A stretch of DNA of 64,000 nucleotides from Lama guanicoe. Lineage: Eukaryota. Made by a program: the position numbers and the translations under genes. The DNA is taken from the NCBI GenBank assembly GCA_013239625.1, contig MU053629.1, positions 34,676 to 98,675 of the forward strand, given 5' to 3'. Numbering within the stretch: position 1 is the stretch's first letter; every line of letters starts with the position of its first letter. Positions 38,815-52,177 of this stretch are shown in pieces. Under the pieces are notes generated by a model. The model saw only the letters and a program-made list of their open reading frames with translations, ran no database searches and was not told where the DNA came from.

Positions 38815-40598
38815 CTGAAAAATAACAGAATTCTTGTGATTAACAAAGTGCACAAATGATATAACACATAAAATAATCTCAAATTCACTAAAATAAAAGT
38901 ACATTATGAACTATGAAGAACCAAAAAGATCTCCATTAAGAATACGTATAATTAATATGATTTTTAATCAACTTTCAAATGTTAATCAGACAAAAACTAC
39001 TATGTTCTCGTCCAAATGAAAAATAAAGGCAACTTTTAATAGCACTGTGTAAATACAATTTTGCTAGATGGAAACTTACAATTTTTCTTCTAGGAAAAAA
39101 AAAAACCCTCTACATTAGAATTCTAAAATTCCATTACAGCCACATTTTGATTTTTAACTCCTTTCATAACATATATTAGATCAAAGAAAAATATTTCATG
39201 AAAAACTGAAATAGTGACAGTTAATAAAATCTGTATTGTTAACTATGACATTTACAATACGTATTAACTACAGAGCCAATTTCTCTAGATTGCATTTTTT
39301 TCTCCATCCTAAAATAAATTCTGTAAGAAATGAACATAAAGGGCTAAAATTAAGGAAAAAAACAAAAAAATTGTTTTATAATGTATGTCTGTGTCTGCTA
39401 CATATGTACAAGAATCACAATCAAATAGATTCCCTTAATCTATTTTAGTCCAGGTCCTGATTGATAAATATAAGATATAATTTCCCAGAGATTTGTCTTA
39501 GCTGAGGGAAACAGACTTTCCCTATAAAACTGTAACAGCATGGGGACAGGAGTCCTTAATTACCAGATGATAAAAGGGTTTTTTTTTAGTATATATTTAA
39601 AATAACATAATCAAACCATAAAAAGCAGTCATACAGCATAACTGGAAGACTGTTTCTTTGGACTAATGTTTTTGGTAGTTTATTGTGAGCTTAAGCATTG
39701 CTTTTTAATTTATTCAACTGTGTGTGTGTATGTATATGTTATTAAGATATTTCCATGGATATTAATGTAACAAGTACATTAAAGACAAAGAAGGTAAAAC
39801 TCTCTCACTCCAGTTTATAGCAAAAATAATGTTCTGCTCTCTGGTAAAAACAAAACAAAACAAAACAAAACTCATCCTTGTATCAGATTTAATATTACTA
39901 ACAGTTTTACACTCTAAAGATGCCAGTAATACAGATAATGCAAATAGGTAATGTTCTGAAAATTAAATTACCAGATGTTAGATATTCACACCTTATGATA
40001 TGAAAGAAAAATAATTAAAATAATATTTGGCTTTAAAACAGGCATATGCTCACTCTGGCTACCTCACATCTAATATTTCAAGATACAAGTCATGGCATGT
40101 GCCCATATTTCTATGTGATTTAAATACAGGTTCACTTAGAAACCAAAGTGAGTCTGTCTCTTTGATGAGATTATTCCTTTTGTGTCTTGCCAAGCTTAAA
40201 ACTGCTGACCATCAGGTAGGTCTAACTGACTGACTGAAATGGGCCCCTGTGACCATGCATGATTCTGTTAATATTTTAATTTTGTCCTTTCTCACTTTCA
40301 CTGGAATGAAGCCTATAGAGACATCAATGCAAAGTATATGCAACTTTACTTTATGTAGAAGCTAGTCAGTGATATCAAATATAAATACATGATTAATATT
40401 AAACATTTATTTAAACTCCCTCACTAAATTATCCTATTATACCATAGGGATAAAATCTGCTTTCTTTTGAAAACCTAATCTGTCAGAGCAGCTGTAACAT
40501 TAAGGTCCTAAATAGTTATCTTGGCTTGAAAATACAAGTTATTATATGAATATTAAATTCAGATAGAAAGTATTAGACCAGGACTCAAAAGTTAATAC

Positions 40599-40755
40599 CA
40601 GTTTTGGCAATGATACTTCTGGACTCCCCGACAAGTGGTTTCAGCTCCAGTTCCTTCTTAGAAGGTTCAGAGGATGGAACAGCAGACGACAGAAAATCCA
40701 TGAAGGACAGTAAAGCTTCCAAATGAAGAACTAAGTCTAAGGATGAAAATGAAAC
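40599..40755 (-). CDS. VPS13C: VPS13C exon (18th; repeat B exon 5), 157 nt, phase 0->1
   Basis: VSFSSLDLVLHLEALLSFMDFLSSAVPSSEPSKKELELKPLVGESRSIIAKT; G|gtatta. Confidence 0.95.
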
Positions 40756-41427
40756 CTAAGATAATGAACAATTAGAAAGGCAGATTTCAGATACGGTAAT
40801 TTCTGTTAAACTTCAACATACACAGGCTGCACGAGAATAGTTGAATTAAGGGCCTTTTTTATTTAAGAAAAAAAACCTACTATTACTTATTATAACTTAC
40901 CAGACAATAAAAACCAACACTGCCCCCTCCCACACCCGACCATCGTTCTAACCTCAACAGAACCTGACGGGCTTTAAGGTAAAAATACAGGAAGTATTAT
41001 CAGTCACCTTACACATGGTTCCAAGACAGGCCATATAGACTCAAATGGACTGTGAAGTGATGTCTGTACTGAGCCATACTTTTACCTTATCCCTAATTTT
41101 ACTCTAATCCTAAAGCCAGCTCACAATTCAAATGTTTAATGCTTCCAGCAACACTATGCCAAACAACCATAGTGAACAAAATTCCCTTAAAAAGTATATT
41201 ACTTATGTACTCAACAAGGAATCATTAATTCATATCTGGGAAATAACTAGTCTTTTGTAATAATTTTACTTCAACTATATATCCATTTCTTTTATCTATA
41301 AGATTAGATCTATTACTACCCTTATTCTAATTTTAGAACTCACAATCTCACAACTGAAGATGGCTTTGAAGCCAGACTCAATCACTAATATATAACCTAG
41401 CCTTACAGTGAATTAGAAGAGATTTAC

Positions 41428-41487
41428 CTTCAGTCTTTGCTTCGTATTGTCATGCACAGTTTTAAATTCTGGTCCATCACTGTCTGC
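41428..41487 (-). CDS. VPS13C: VPS13C exon (17th; repeat B exon 4), 60 nt, phase 0->0
   Basis: ADSDGPEFKTVHDNTKQRLK. Confidence 0.93.
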
Positions 41488-41969
41488 CTACAAATAATGG
41501 AAGATTAAACCAAATTTACACATTGAAAAAAACAGATTTATATTCTTTACTTTTCAAAGTATGCTATGAAAACACTATAAACGTATTTCTCATAGGCGAA
41601 GAAAAGCATGCCAAAAACCTGGCCACCAAAGCTTTTCTCCTATTCTACAGAAGCAAAAACAAACTCCTTATCCTACTTGGGAGGAAATGTTAAAGGTAGG
41701 GGAAAATGTTAGCGTATCTAGATTATAACAGATTTTGCTTCAAATTACAATGGAACTTTATACACTTCCACTAATTCAAAAACATTGGGTTAACTCAGAA
41801 GGTTAGTGAAATTATCCAGGATTGTCAGATGCTTCCATAATTCACTATAATCTACCAATTTTAGAATGAAAAATTTTAGGGGGGAGATTTGAACTTCTAT
41901 TAAATAAGGGGGAATCACATAGCTTTATATATTCAAATATTAAAGAATACCAGAAATGAAACTAGGTAC

Positions 41970-42049
41970 CTTTGTCAGTAACATTTTCAGAAGGGTTTCA
42001 TCTGTTACATTAGAAGAGTTAATAATGTGGAGAGGTCCTCCTTTAGAGT
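41970..42049 (-). CDS. VPS13C: VPS13C exon (16th; repeat B exon 3), 80 nt, phase 1->0
   Basis: SKGGPLHIINSSNVTDETLLKMLLTK. Confidence 0.93.
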
Positions 42050-42998
42050 CTAGAAGAGAAAAAGAGAAGGTAGATCCATTAAGTCTTTTAAACATTTCAA
42101 ATGTATTTAAAAATAGATTGGCCAGTGACACGGATATGTTTGTCAAAACTCAAAGATGTACACTAAAAAGGGTGAATTTCACTGTATATGAATCATCTCT
42201 CAATAAAACTCGCTTTGAAACAAAAATGAAAGAAATTCCATAAAAACAAAAAACCCAGCAACGGCCATTTACAACTGCTATAATCATATACTACTGGTAT
42301 TATTTACTTGCACAAATCAGAATATATTAAAGAACAAAGGTATAAAATACACTGAAGTAGGCATTATTCTCAATAAAAGTTTGCTTTACTTAAAGGTAAC
42401 CTATAGAATTCCTGCAAACTTCAAACACCCACAGCAACTTTCAAAGTTGGCTGGATGCAATTCAGAAAGTACATCTGAAAGGTCGAAGAGACGACAAGTC
42501 CATGTTAAATTTTTCCTCTATAAATTTCTGTATTTAATTTTTTTAAGTATATATCAATATAATTAAACACAAATAAAAAACATTGATGTAATTTTAAAAA
42601 CAAACAAAAACAGTTACTAGTAAATTAACTCACCTTTTCAAAAAGGGTCCACACCTGGGTATTGTACTCGGGTTGTGATTTCCTAAGGTGTCAGTTCTCA
42701 CAGCATAGTTATAATGAAATGTTGCCTTTTACAAGTCCTGAAGTATTATGTATTGATCTTGAAGACAAATGCTTCATTTCTCCTTTAGATATATACTACT
42801 TTGTGCTAAATATTTAGATATATTCTCATTTTATGACAATTACATAGATAATAAATTTTTAGTACCAAATTCCTTTATATTAATTTAAACTAGCTAAAAA
42901 ATTATGGTGACACTAATAAACGTGCTAAATGTTGATTAAAAGGTAGCAACCATCTGCTATTACATGCACAATTTACACAGACTCGACTTCACACTTAC

Positions 42999-43155
42999 CT
43001 GAGAACTCAAAGCATCGCATACTAATTTTTTTCAGATAAGCTTCAGCAGTCAGGTCGTAGGCTTTAACTCTAGCTTCCATTCCAAGCTGTAGGACACTTA
43101 GTTCATGTAAAGGCCTTCCTTTCTTTTCTGCTTTTTCCATCAAAGTAATCACAAC
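42999..43155 (-). CDS. VPS13C: VPS13C exon (15th; repeat B exon 2), 157 nt, phase 0->1
   Basis: VVITLMEKAEKKGRPLHELSVLQLGMEARVKAYDLTAEAYLKKISMRCFEFS. Confidence 0.95.
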
Positions 43156-43501
43156 CTAGTAAAAGATACCAGTTTTACTACAAACTATTTCATACCAATA
43201 TATGATGAAGATAAGTCAATAATGTAATAACCATCCAGAGCGATATAACCAAAAAATTCACACGATGTTAAGATGTTTACTTCTATTTGTGCCTGGAAAT
43301 TGCCTAGGATTATCTACTTTGGAAGGTACACCTATTTGTTCAGATTTTTAAAGCACTGCCACTGTATTCCACTGGCTTTCAAGAGTTATATTAAAAAAAG
43401 TTGTCCTGCCTAATTTTCAGAAGTCACAGTCTGATGGATGGCATCAGACTAGATGTAAAAGTCTGTGAGATAAAACAGTCAATGTTTATGCTATTACTAA
43501 G

Positions 43502-43784
43502 GCAAAGTTTCTCAACCTTGGAACCACTGACATTTGGGGTTGGATAATTCTTCCTAGTAGGGCCCAGTCTGATGCGCGCTGTAGGCTGCTTGGTGGCATC
43601 AATGGCTTCTACCCACTGGCTGCCAACAGCTCTGTCTCTCTGTATAGTGACAACCAAAAATGTCTTTAGTCGGGAGGGTATAGCTCAGTTGACAGAGCAC
43701 GTGCTCAGCATGCACGAGGTCCTGGGTTCAATCCCTAGTACCTCCATTAAAAAATGCAAATTGCTTCCCCCACCCTAATCACTG
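43502..43784. mobile_element. MER20-like hAT element interrupted by a SINE
   Basis: tttctcaacctt...tgacatttggggttggataattct...tctacccactgg...gtgacaaccaaaaatgtct, resuming after the SINE and ending in cactg. Confidence 0.75.
43671..43754 (+). mobile_element. Vic-1-like tRNA-Ala-derived SINE (camelid type)
   Basis: GGGAGGGTATAGCTCAGTTGACAGAGCACGTGCTCAGCATGCACGAGGTCCTGGGTTCAATCCCTAGTACCTCCATTAAAAAA, with Pol III A box, B box and A-tail. Confidence 0.8.
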
Positions 43785-44888
43785 TCCTAAGGAAAAGGAA
43801 CTGTAGTAATATATATTACAAATGATGTTAAAAATGACTTATGGGTTTTCTATGTACATATGTTAATGAAGCTCATTTGCAAAGACAATGATTCATCTAT
43901 CAAAGTTTCAATTATCAAAGCCTAAAAATCTTCAGTAACTGTAATATTAACCAGAAAAACAGCAGAGGTTTAACATGAAAGCATTATATTTCAGATCAAA
44001 AAAGTAGAACTCATTTGTTTAAAAGTTTATTATTTTTAACTCGGAGATAGAACATAACCTCTCTATAACTATTTCATAATAAAGCGACATTGGAGGAAGT
44101 TCTTGCATGTCCCTGTATCCTCTGTATTTCCCACCTTTACATATGTTCATGCCTGGTCCTCTTTCTACGGATAGGGTTCAGCCCCTTTCCTGAACTCCTT
44201 TTCTCAGACTACGTCTTATTCTTCTTTAAAAATTCAAATTTCACTTTCTCCAGGAAATCTTCCCTGACTCTCTCAGACTGCTTTGATGCCCTCCTCTTAC
44301 CATCACTGCCACAAGCTCCCTGGGCAAGTTTTTAATGGGAGCAGTTACAAAAATTTTAATTATTTTCTTGTTTGACTTCAGAGCCAATTATCTCTGAATC
44401 CTTAGCACTTGGCATATGCATTATTTGTTACATGTGTGAATGGAGACGAGGAAAATTCACTTAATCTTTCCTCAAGAATCTGCAGATGGAAAGCAGTGAT
44501 AATGTAATATTTTTTAAATGTTGACATATAATGCTTTATTCTATTAATGGTTTCTAAAATTTGCAAAGAATTTCTGTCACTATTTCCTTTTCCTGCCTTT
44601 CCTAAAAATCCAAAGCAAGCCACATTCCAACTGTCCCAAAATCATTTAAAAACCATGTTATAGGACATACTACCATTTTCTCTAAGAAATATTATATCCC
44701 CCAAATATAACTCATCTTGAACAAACTCTCAAATTTTTAAACATTATTGCTGCATACAAATTACAGATAGGCTATGTAAGATTTTTTTTATCCGTATCAA
44801 TAATCAACAAGTTTCCTTTAGTAGAGGTAATTCCAAATATCTATTCTTTATTCACCTCACTTTATAAAAACAGATGAATATAACACAC

Positions 44889-45025
44889 CTCTTTGATCTC
44901 AAATTTCAGCAGCATATTAATGATGTCTACAGATCTAATTTCTTCCACTTCAGCTGTTAAAGCATCTTGTGAAACAGGCACATCTTGTTTTAAGGTAGAG
45001 ATTTCAAGCGGCTCTTTAATTTCAC
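44889..45025 (-). CDS. VPS13C: VPS13C exon (14th; repeat B exon 1), 137 nt, phase 1->0
   Basis: EIKEPLEISTLKQDVPVSQDALTAEVEEIRSVDIINMLLKFEIKE. Confidence 0.95.
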
Positions 45026-45899
45026 CTAAAGATGTTTAAAACAAATGCATTCACTTCTATTCTAACAGACACTGTATCAAGTGAACAGAAAACACAGAAC
45101 TAGGCATTGTCATGAGGAGGTCAAGAAAGTCTTAATAGAGTTATCATTCAAGTAGAACTGAAGGACCTCCTCATAGAGGGAACACATTCTAAGAAGGTCA
45201 GAGTTTGTGGAAATCACAGAAAGATAACGTATCAGGGTAGGTATTGCAAACAGGATGGAGTTGGAAATGGTTAAATCATGAGGAGGATAACAAGAGTTAA
45301 AGCTTGATAAGGAAAAAAAAAAAGGGAGAATAGTTAAAGCCACTTATGTCACACCAAGTACCAAAAGTAAAACCCTATGAATGCGACCTTGTGGTCCTAA
45401 ATTCACGCACCCTGAAATGCAATAAAATTGCTTTCTAAATCGTAATACACAACACTAATAACAGATATCACTTGCTTAGTATTTACCTCTGTGTTAGATG
45501 CTGCGCTAATAAGACATACGTGGACTGTCTCATTTAATTCTGTAACAACCGTTTGAGGTAAAAATTTCATTATCCTCATTTCACAGACAAGCAAATTGAG
45601 GGGCAGACAGATTCAGTACCTCAAATAGTATAAACTATACCAGAAACCCCTATGGAATATCACTGTTGTTAATTATTACCTTTGGGAAAGCAACGCATAG
45701 GGCAAAGTTTCTTAATACCACCTTATTCCAACACTTCCAAACATAGTGTGATCCATGGAAAATAATTCTAGCAAATATTTAGCTTTTACAAAACAATTCC
45801 TGGAATAGGCAAAGATTTTAAAAATAGGAAATAAAAAGCACTGATCATTTTTTAAAATTCACTATTAGAATCAGAATTCACTAAAATTAACTAATTCTA

Positions 45900-46620
45900 T
45901 TACTGACTGGGAAGGGGCAGAGGGAGGTCTTCTGGGTGCCACGCTGGAAATGTTCTATATCTTAATCATGGTGGTGACACTGGTGTAGCCATATGTAGAA
46001 ATTCACTGAACTGTACACTTAAGATTTGCACACTTCACATATTAATATACTCTAAAATAAAGATTTTTTCCCCCTAGTTTTTTTAGGATTTATTTTTGAG
46101 ATATAATTGACATAAAATATTACATTGGTTTCAGGTAAAAAAGTTTTTTAAAAATGAAAAAATACAGTAAGATCATTTTCTGCTTAACAAATTGACAAAA
46201 AATTTTAAATCTGATAATATGCTGTGTTAGAAAAGGCATAGAAAAACTACCTGATGGGAACAAAATGTAAGTGTAAGTTCTATGGGGGGAAACTGGCAAG
46301 ATCTTTCAAAATGTTAAATTAAACTAATTTTATTGAATATATTGACTAGATTATATTTTAATAAAAATTAAATATTCTTTAACCCAGCAGCCCTGGTATT
46401 TCCCCCATAGATAAACACGCATTTGTAAAAGTGTATATACAAGGATATTTAATGCAACATGGTAAGAGTGAAATATTGAAAACAACACGAAATGTGCATT
46501 AATAGGGATTTGCTAAATAAATTATGATACTTCAACAGAATTTAATACCAAGCAACCATGAAAAAGAATGAATCGGATCTATACATATACAGAAACGGAA
46601 TGAACACCAAGGTACGTAGT
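45900..46620. mobile_element. Cluster of old L1M fragments
   Basis: tgactgggaaggggca...gaaatgttctatatctt...gaactgtacacttaagatttgc; aaataaattatgata...aaaaagaatga. Confidence 0.6.
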
Positions 46621-47156
46621 GTGAATATATGTGTACACGTAAAACAGCTTACAAAAATAAGTTTGGTAGTTACTCTGCCTTTAAGTCCAAAGGGCTATTG
46701 TACCTAATAATTTAAATTATCTTTGCATTTTTATTCCAGTACAATTTTTTTAAGTTATCTGTTGAGTCATAATTTATCAACCACTTCACTTTTTTAAGAT
46801 ACATTACTACTAAGCCTTATTTAAAAATCAGATCAAGTATGTTACATAGCCTAGTGCCAACTTAAAATGTTTTTTTTCTATACATACAAATTCAGTAATT
46901 GTTCAGGAATCCACCACTAATCTGAAACCCTTCTTTATGGCCTTCTCCTAACTCATGCAACTTAGAAATAATTGACTGTTCACTCAACTTAAAAACAAGC
47001 TAGTTTTATTCAATAGCATCTTATTTGTTTTCTTGGCAATAGAAATCACAATTTGTAAATGTGTGTTTGTTTACTTCATTTTTTACTGCCTGTCTCCTCT
47101 ACTAAATTATAAAATAAGTAGTCATGTGTATTATGCCACTGACTTCAGCCTCTTAC

Positions 47157-47265
47157 CCGGCTCCTGTATTCTCGGTTTCACTTTATCCAGGTCTTCAGTA
47201 GCTTCACCAAGATTTTCTGCTAGTATTCTAAACAAAAGATTAAGATCTTCTTGATTTAGATTAAC
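47157..47265 (-). CDS. VPS13C: VPS13C exon (13th; repeat A exon 11), 109 nt, phase 0->1
   Basis: VNLNQEDLNLLFRILAENLGEATEDLDKVKPRIQEP. Confidence 0.95.
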
Positions 47266-47975
47266 CTAGAAAGATACAGATATTTCATTTTTAAAGGAAA
47301 CAATTTTAATACAGAAAATTTCCTTAGTAATAAAACACTGAAGACAGAATAATCTTATTAACACTTACTAAAAAAATTATATAATCACTATACAATCAAG
47401 TATTTCACTACTTATTTCATGTTAAAATTTTTATTTTCAAAGGTAAGACAGTGTTTGGAGAAAAACACTGTGATTTATGAGTCTATATTAGTTCCACCTA
47501 CTTAACCAATATGATCCTTAGAGAAAGTTAATAATGATGAAAGAAATCAGATCACTTTTTCTAATGAGACAATTTCAGAACACGCATAAACTCCACTTTT
47601 TAAACAATAACAACTTCAATGAAATAAAAAGGCCATCTTCAATATAAAAAATAGGCATTTCACTCAATGCTATAATTATCTTAGGAGTACTTTGATATCC
47701 CTAAAATAAAAGTATGTGTATATAACATACAGAATGAGATATAAATATGATATATGCTAATACATAACTTACATACAGATCCCTGTTAATGTGTACATAG
47801 AGCAAATTTAAAACCTAAGTAACACAACTGAAGATTAAATTCTACTAAAAATAATAAAGATCTTACTGAACAATATCACACTGAAATTTTTCTTGTAACA
47901 ATTAGTAAAAAACTCCACATTTCATTTAGATTTCTAATGAGAAAATTTTCAGAGCTTTTTCACTCATAAACTCAC

Positions 47976-48123
47976 ATTCATGGATTCAAGATGCCCTTTA
48001 ATTTCCACAACAGGCACCTTGTGGTACCAAGATGCGGCCAGATTCCGATTTACAGAAAACTCCAAGTTAATTGGGTGCAACAGTTGAATATCAGGATGGG
48101 AGGTGCCTGACTGGATCACCGTC
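47976..48123 (-). CDS. VPS13C: VPS13C exon (12th; repeat A exon 10), 148 nt, phase 2->0
   Basis: TVIQSGTSHPDIQLLHPINLEFSVNRNLAASWYHKVPVVEIKGHLESMN. Confidence 0.95.
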
Positions 48124-48310
48124 CTAATAAAAAATGTAATTAATACATATGCATGAACACAGGGGGTAAATGCAATACATCATTAAAAAAACACAAAGTC
48201 AAAAGTTGCTGCTATCAACACTGATTTGAAACAGTGCTGGTTCAGTGTTTTCTAAACTTGTACTATAATTAATTTAATCTGTAATACACTAGCACAAACA
48301 GATTAAAACA

Positions 48311-48556
48311 CAGGTGGCCCTTGAAAAATGCAGAGGGGTTAGGGGCAACGACCCTCCCTGCAGTCGTAAAACTTGAAGTTTGCCCTTCATATCCGCGGTT
48401 TCTCTGTATATGAGTTTCCTCTGTATATGCAGCTCCTCTGTATTCATGGTTCAAAACAATCACGGGTTGTATAATACTGTATTATTTGGCACTGAAAAAT
48501 ATCTGCGTGTAAGCAGAATCATGCAGTTTAAACCCATGTTGTTCAAGGGTCAACTG
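48311..48556 (-). mobile_element. Tigger2-like non-autonomous DNA transposon
   Basis: TIRs caggtggcccttgaaaaa...ttgttcaagggtcaactg followed by TA; opposite orientation to the copy at 20822. Confidence 0.8.
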
Positions 48557-48899
48557 TACATTTGTTTACAGGGTCAACTGTACAATCAGCCTTTAAGAAA
48601 GCGTTTTTCTTTAAACAGAAGATAGGTGACAAACTAAATAAATTTTAAAAAGAAATTCATATTATTGAAGATGGGGGAAATCATCAATACAGTTGTTCAA
48701 GAACTGCATGTGCACTATAGAGACTAATGAAAAAAATGGCAAGATGAAAAGTAAGCAATTTCTAAGTTTATAAAGGTCTTCACCAGGATTATTTCCTGGA
48801 CTTGCTTTATAATCATTCCTTTTTTATTGAGGATAATTAAATCTCCCTGGATGGGGTAGAAAATGATTTTTAAATGAATTGTGTACACATTTTCAAGTG

Positions 48900-49800
48900 T
48901 CCTCTGGCGTGAGCCCTAGAGATACATCATTACTTACACAGTATTCCTGCCAAAAATGTGTAAGCTCAGTTAAATCATGAGGAATCACTCAGACAAAAAC
49001 TCAACTGAGAGTCATTCCATGAAACAAGTGGACTGTACCCTTCAAAACTGTAATCATCATGAAAGAAAAGAGACGCTGAAGAACAATTCCAGAATAAATG
49101 TCTAGCCGTATAGAAATCCCCTCCCTGGTACAGGACTCAAATAAATGCCACATGTTATCCTGGATGAAGGGAAAAATTCTTAGAACAACCAGTAAAATCT
49201 GAACATTAAAGGCATATTAGATAATGGATTCTATCAATTTTAAATTTCCAGAATTTGATAACGGCATTGTGGTTATGTAAGAGGATTAATGTCCTAGTTC
49301 TTAGGAGACACATGCTAAACCATTTAGGGGCAAAGGGTTAAGATGTCTATTCTCAAATGGTTTAGCAAAAATGTTTTAACTTCCAATTATAAATCTTGGG
49401 GATGTAATGTACAAGATGCTGACTACAGTTAACAATACTGTATTGTATATTTGAAAGTTGCTAAGAGAGTAGATTTTAAAAGCTCTCACAACAAGAAAAA
49501 TATTTTCTGTGAATGTGTGTGGTGATGGATGTTAACTAGACTTACTATAGTTGACCATTTTGCAATATATACAAACATCAAATCATTATGTTTTATATCT
49601 GAAACTAACAAAATACGTGAATTATATCAATAAAAATAAAATTTAAAAATTTTAAGTATTTTAAGTGATAATACGTATATACACAGAGTTCAAGCAGAAA
49701 TAAATAACTGGTGACTAGGTGAAGAATTATAGGGGCACTCAGTATTATTTTACTATTTTTGCAATTTGTCTGTAGGCTTGAGATTTTTCAAAATAAAAAG
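48900..49800 (+). mobile_element. Old L1M 3' region with a nested L1MA-type 3' end (~49390-49640)
   Basis: ggggatgtaatgtacaagatgctgactacagttaacaatactgtattgtatatttgaaagttgctaagagagtagat. Confidence 0.7.
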
Positions 49801-49920
49801 TTGATCTGAAAACACTCTTCTGTGCAATAGGAAGTATGTTGAGTATGAATTTAAATGGTCATTAAAGTTCATAGAAAATATTAAACAATACTTAAATCCA
49901 TAATTATTGAAAGAGCATAC

Positions 49921-50225
49921 CTAGAGAGCTTAAGCTTTGTTAGCTGCACATCCATTTTATCAATTACTGGAGGGTGTGAGTAGTCTTCACCAGGTACCAG
50001 ACTGAACTGATTCTGAACTCTGATTAAGCCAAGATCTACCACCACTGCATTGGTGGACATGGAAGACTGTGGGATGACTATAACCGGTGCTTTCAAATCA
50101 ATATTGACAGAGACACGAAAGCTCCGCTGGGCGAGATCTTTCACACTTGTGGCAGCCTTTTCTGCAGCCTGGGCAGTGGCAGCACTCAGAGCCTCTTTGG
50201 CTGTCCGGAAATTGTTCAGAAAGTT
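49921..50225 (-). CDS. VPS13C: VPS13C exon (11th; repeat A exon 9), 305 nt, phase 0->2
   Basis: NFLNNFRTAKEALSAATAQAAEKAA...LKAPVIVIPQSS...VDLGLIRVQNQF...LTKLKLS. Confidence 0.95.
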
Positions 50226-50722
50226 CTGTGGACACAAAGTACAAAAGGAGAAATTCTAACAGGACGATAAGCACATCATTAATAACACCATCTTCTTTTT
50301 ATTTATGTGCTAATTTTTTTCCAATAAATAACTTTCAGTTGAGTCCTTTTTTTCTAGAGTTAGGAAGGAATTACTGATTATCCATCCATATTTATGAGCT
50401 CCCTGACCAGGAGTAATTATAATTATAGCTATATGGCTAAGGAACAGAGGAAAAAAGAACATTTTCAATAGTTTCTGTAGTTGAGAATTTGGATTCACTA
50501 TGTTCTAGCAGAAATAATTCCAGTTCTAGACAATGTTAGACAAAAATCATTAAATGATTCAGATTCCAGTCATTAAAGAAAGGTTTTGACCTCTACATTA
50601 ATACATAAATACCATCAATCATCAAATCAATACACACCCTAAAATCCAAAGTTTTAAGATTTGCAATTATAATTATCAGACTTATTTAAGTATTTCTAAG
50701 TCAAAAAAATAGTGATTTTTAC

Positions 50723-50890
50723 CAGAAGTGACATGAGGAATTTATGGAGATAAACAATCTGAATACAGCCAACGTTCAATGATACCACACCATCTACTTT
50801 GGACATGTCAGTATAGGAATCCCCTTCGGTAGCATCTGGATACAAATCCAAGTTAAAATTAAAAACTTCATTTCCCATTATTGACACGGC
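50723..50890 (-). CDS. VPS13C: VPS13C exon (10th; repeat A exon 8), 168 nt, phase 0->0
   Basis: AVSIMGNEVFNFNLDLYPDATEGDSYTDMSKVDGVVSLNVGCIQIVYLHKFLMSLL. Confidence 0.95.
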
Positions 50891-51100
50891 CTGAAAAGCA
50901 GAGATTTGAATGTACTCCATCCAAGAGGATAATGGCAAAACAAAATTCTAATTTAAAAGGGTTTATATTTATAATCATTATAGAAACAAACATTTTTCTA
51001 TCAAAATACATTTCATTAATATTTTTAAAAATAAAATATATTTTAAAATAAAATTTAACATTTAATTATCAAAAAATACTAAGAATTTACTATCACCTAC

Positions 51101-51204
51101 TTTTTTATGAATTGTCTTAGGATCAACATCTGTGACAATAATATTTTCCAGTCTGGCAAACAGTGACTGTTTCCTTGACTGAAGAAAAAGGGAAGAATCC
51201 AGTC
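51101..51204 (-). CDS. VPS13C: VPS13C exon (9th; repeat A exon 7), 104 nt, phase 1->0
   Basis: LDSSLFLQSRKQSLFARLENIIVTDVDPKTIHKK. Confidence 0.95.
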
Positions 51205-52060
51205 CTGAAAAAAAAATACTGTTATAATTTCTATATATCTACCACAATAGATTTTAAGATTTTTATTCCATTGCATAATTTTTATAGGTGACATATTTAT
51301 AAGTTTAGCAATGTCTGAACTACCAACTGATAACTAGGTACAATATTAGATATTTTTATTCTATAAACAATGAAACCCATAAATTCATTAAAAATAATTA
51401 TCTGAATTTTCAACCTTCTGGAAAACTGCATCTAGTATAAACAGATTATCTTGGGATTTTAGTAAATTCTTTATACCTTATATCCAGTGATTTACATGGA
51501 AACTATAAAACTCTAATGAATCAAATTCAAACTAGGAGATGCACTGCCAGTTCAGAAAGAACAACAACAAAAAACTCTAGTTTTCTGGTTTTTAAGTTAT
51601 TTAAGAATTTTATGAAACATATTCTATCACAATGAGCTGGTAAAGCTGGAGTCAGAGAAAAAGCTAGATTTATTTTAGCAGCTTTTGCCTAAAAGAACAT
51701 AATGGACTCATAGGTTTTGCTCTTCATTATAAGGTTGCCTTCCATTGGTACCAAGATAAAGCGTAGTCCCAGACTTTAATCCGAATTCTGAATCGACGAC
51801 ACTTAGCTCATCAGCAGAATTCCTAGACTAACATTAGTATCCCTTTCACATCTGAGACCCTTCTCCAAAGGTCCAAAACACCAGTATGTGTGGTTCAGTC
51901 TGACGGTCAGAGTCTGACCAACATCTACATTCTGAAGAGTTAAAAAAAGCAGGCAGTTCAATTATGTCATAAGATAAATTAATCCAGTTTTCACAACTCA
52001 GAGCTTTAGCACTGAAAAGAAAGCTTATCTTTTAAACAATTTTTAATATGAGAATTTTAC

Positions 52061-52177
52061 CTTGAATCTTGATTTCAGCAATATTGTTCTTCTCATCACA
52101 GACAATGACAGAGAAAGCATTCAACTTGGCAAACAGCCTGAAGTGAATAATGTCACTGTCTTTAGAGGATGCAATCA
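52061..52177 (-). CDS. VPS13C: VPS13C exon (8th; repeat A exon 6), 117 nt, phase 1->1
   Basis: IASSKDSDIIHFRLFAKLNAFSVIVCDEKNNIAEIKIQ. Confidence 0.95.

Noticed and set aside
43671..43746. Possible tRNA-Ala gene
   Set aside because: Poor acceptor-stem pairing, an A-rich tail, insertion inside MER20 and degenerate relatives elsewhere in the window indicate a SINE.
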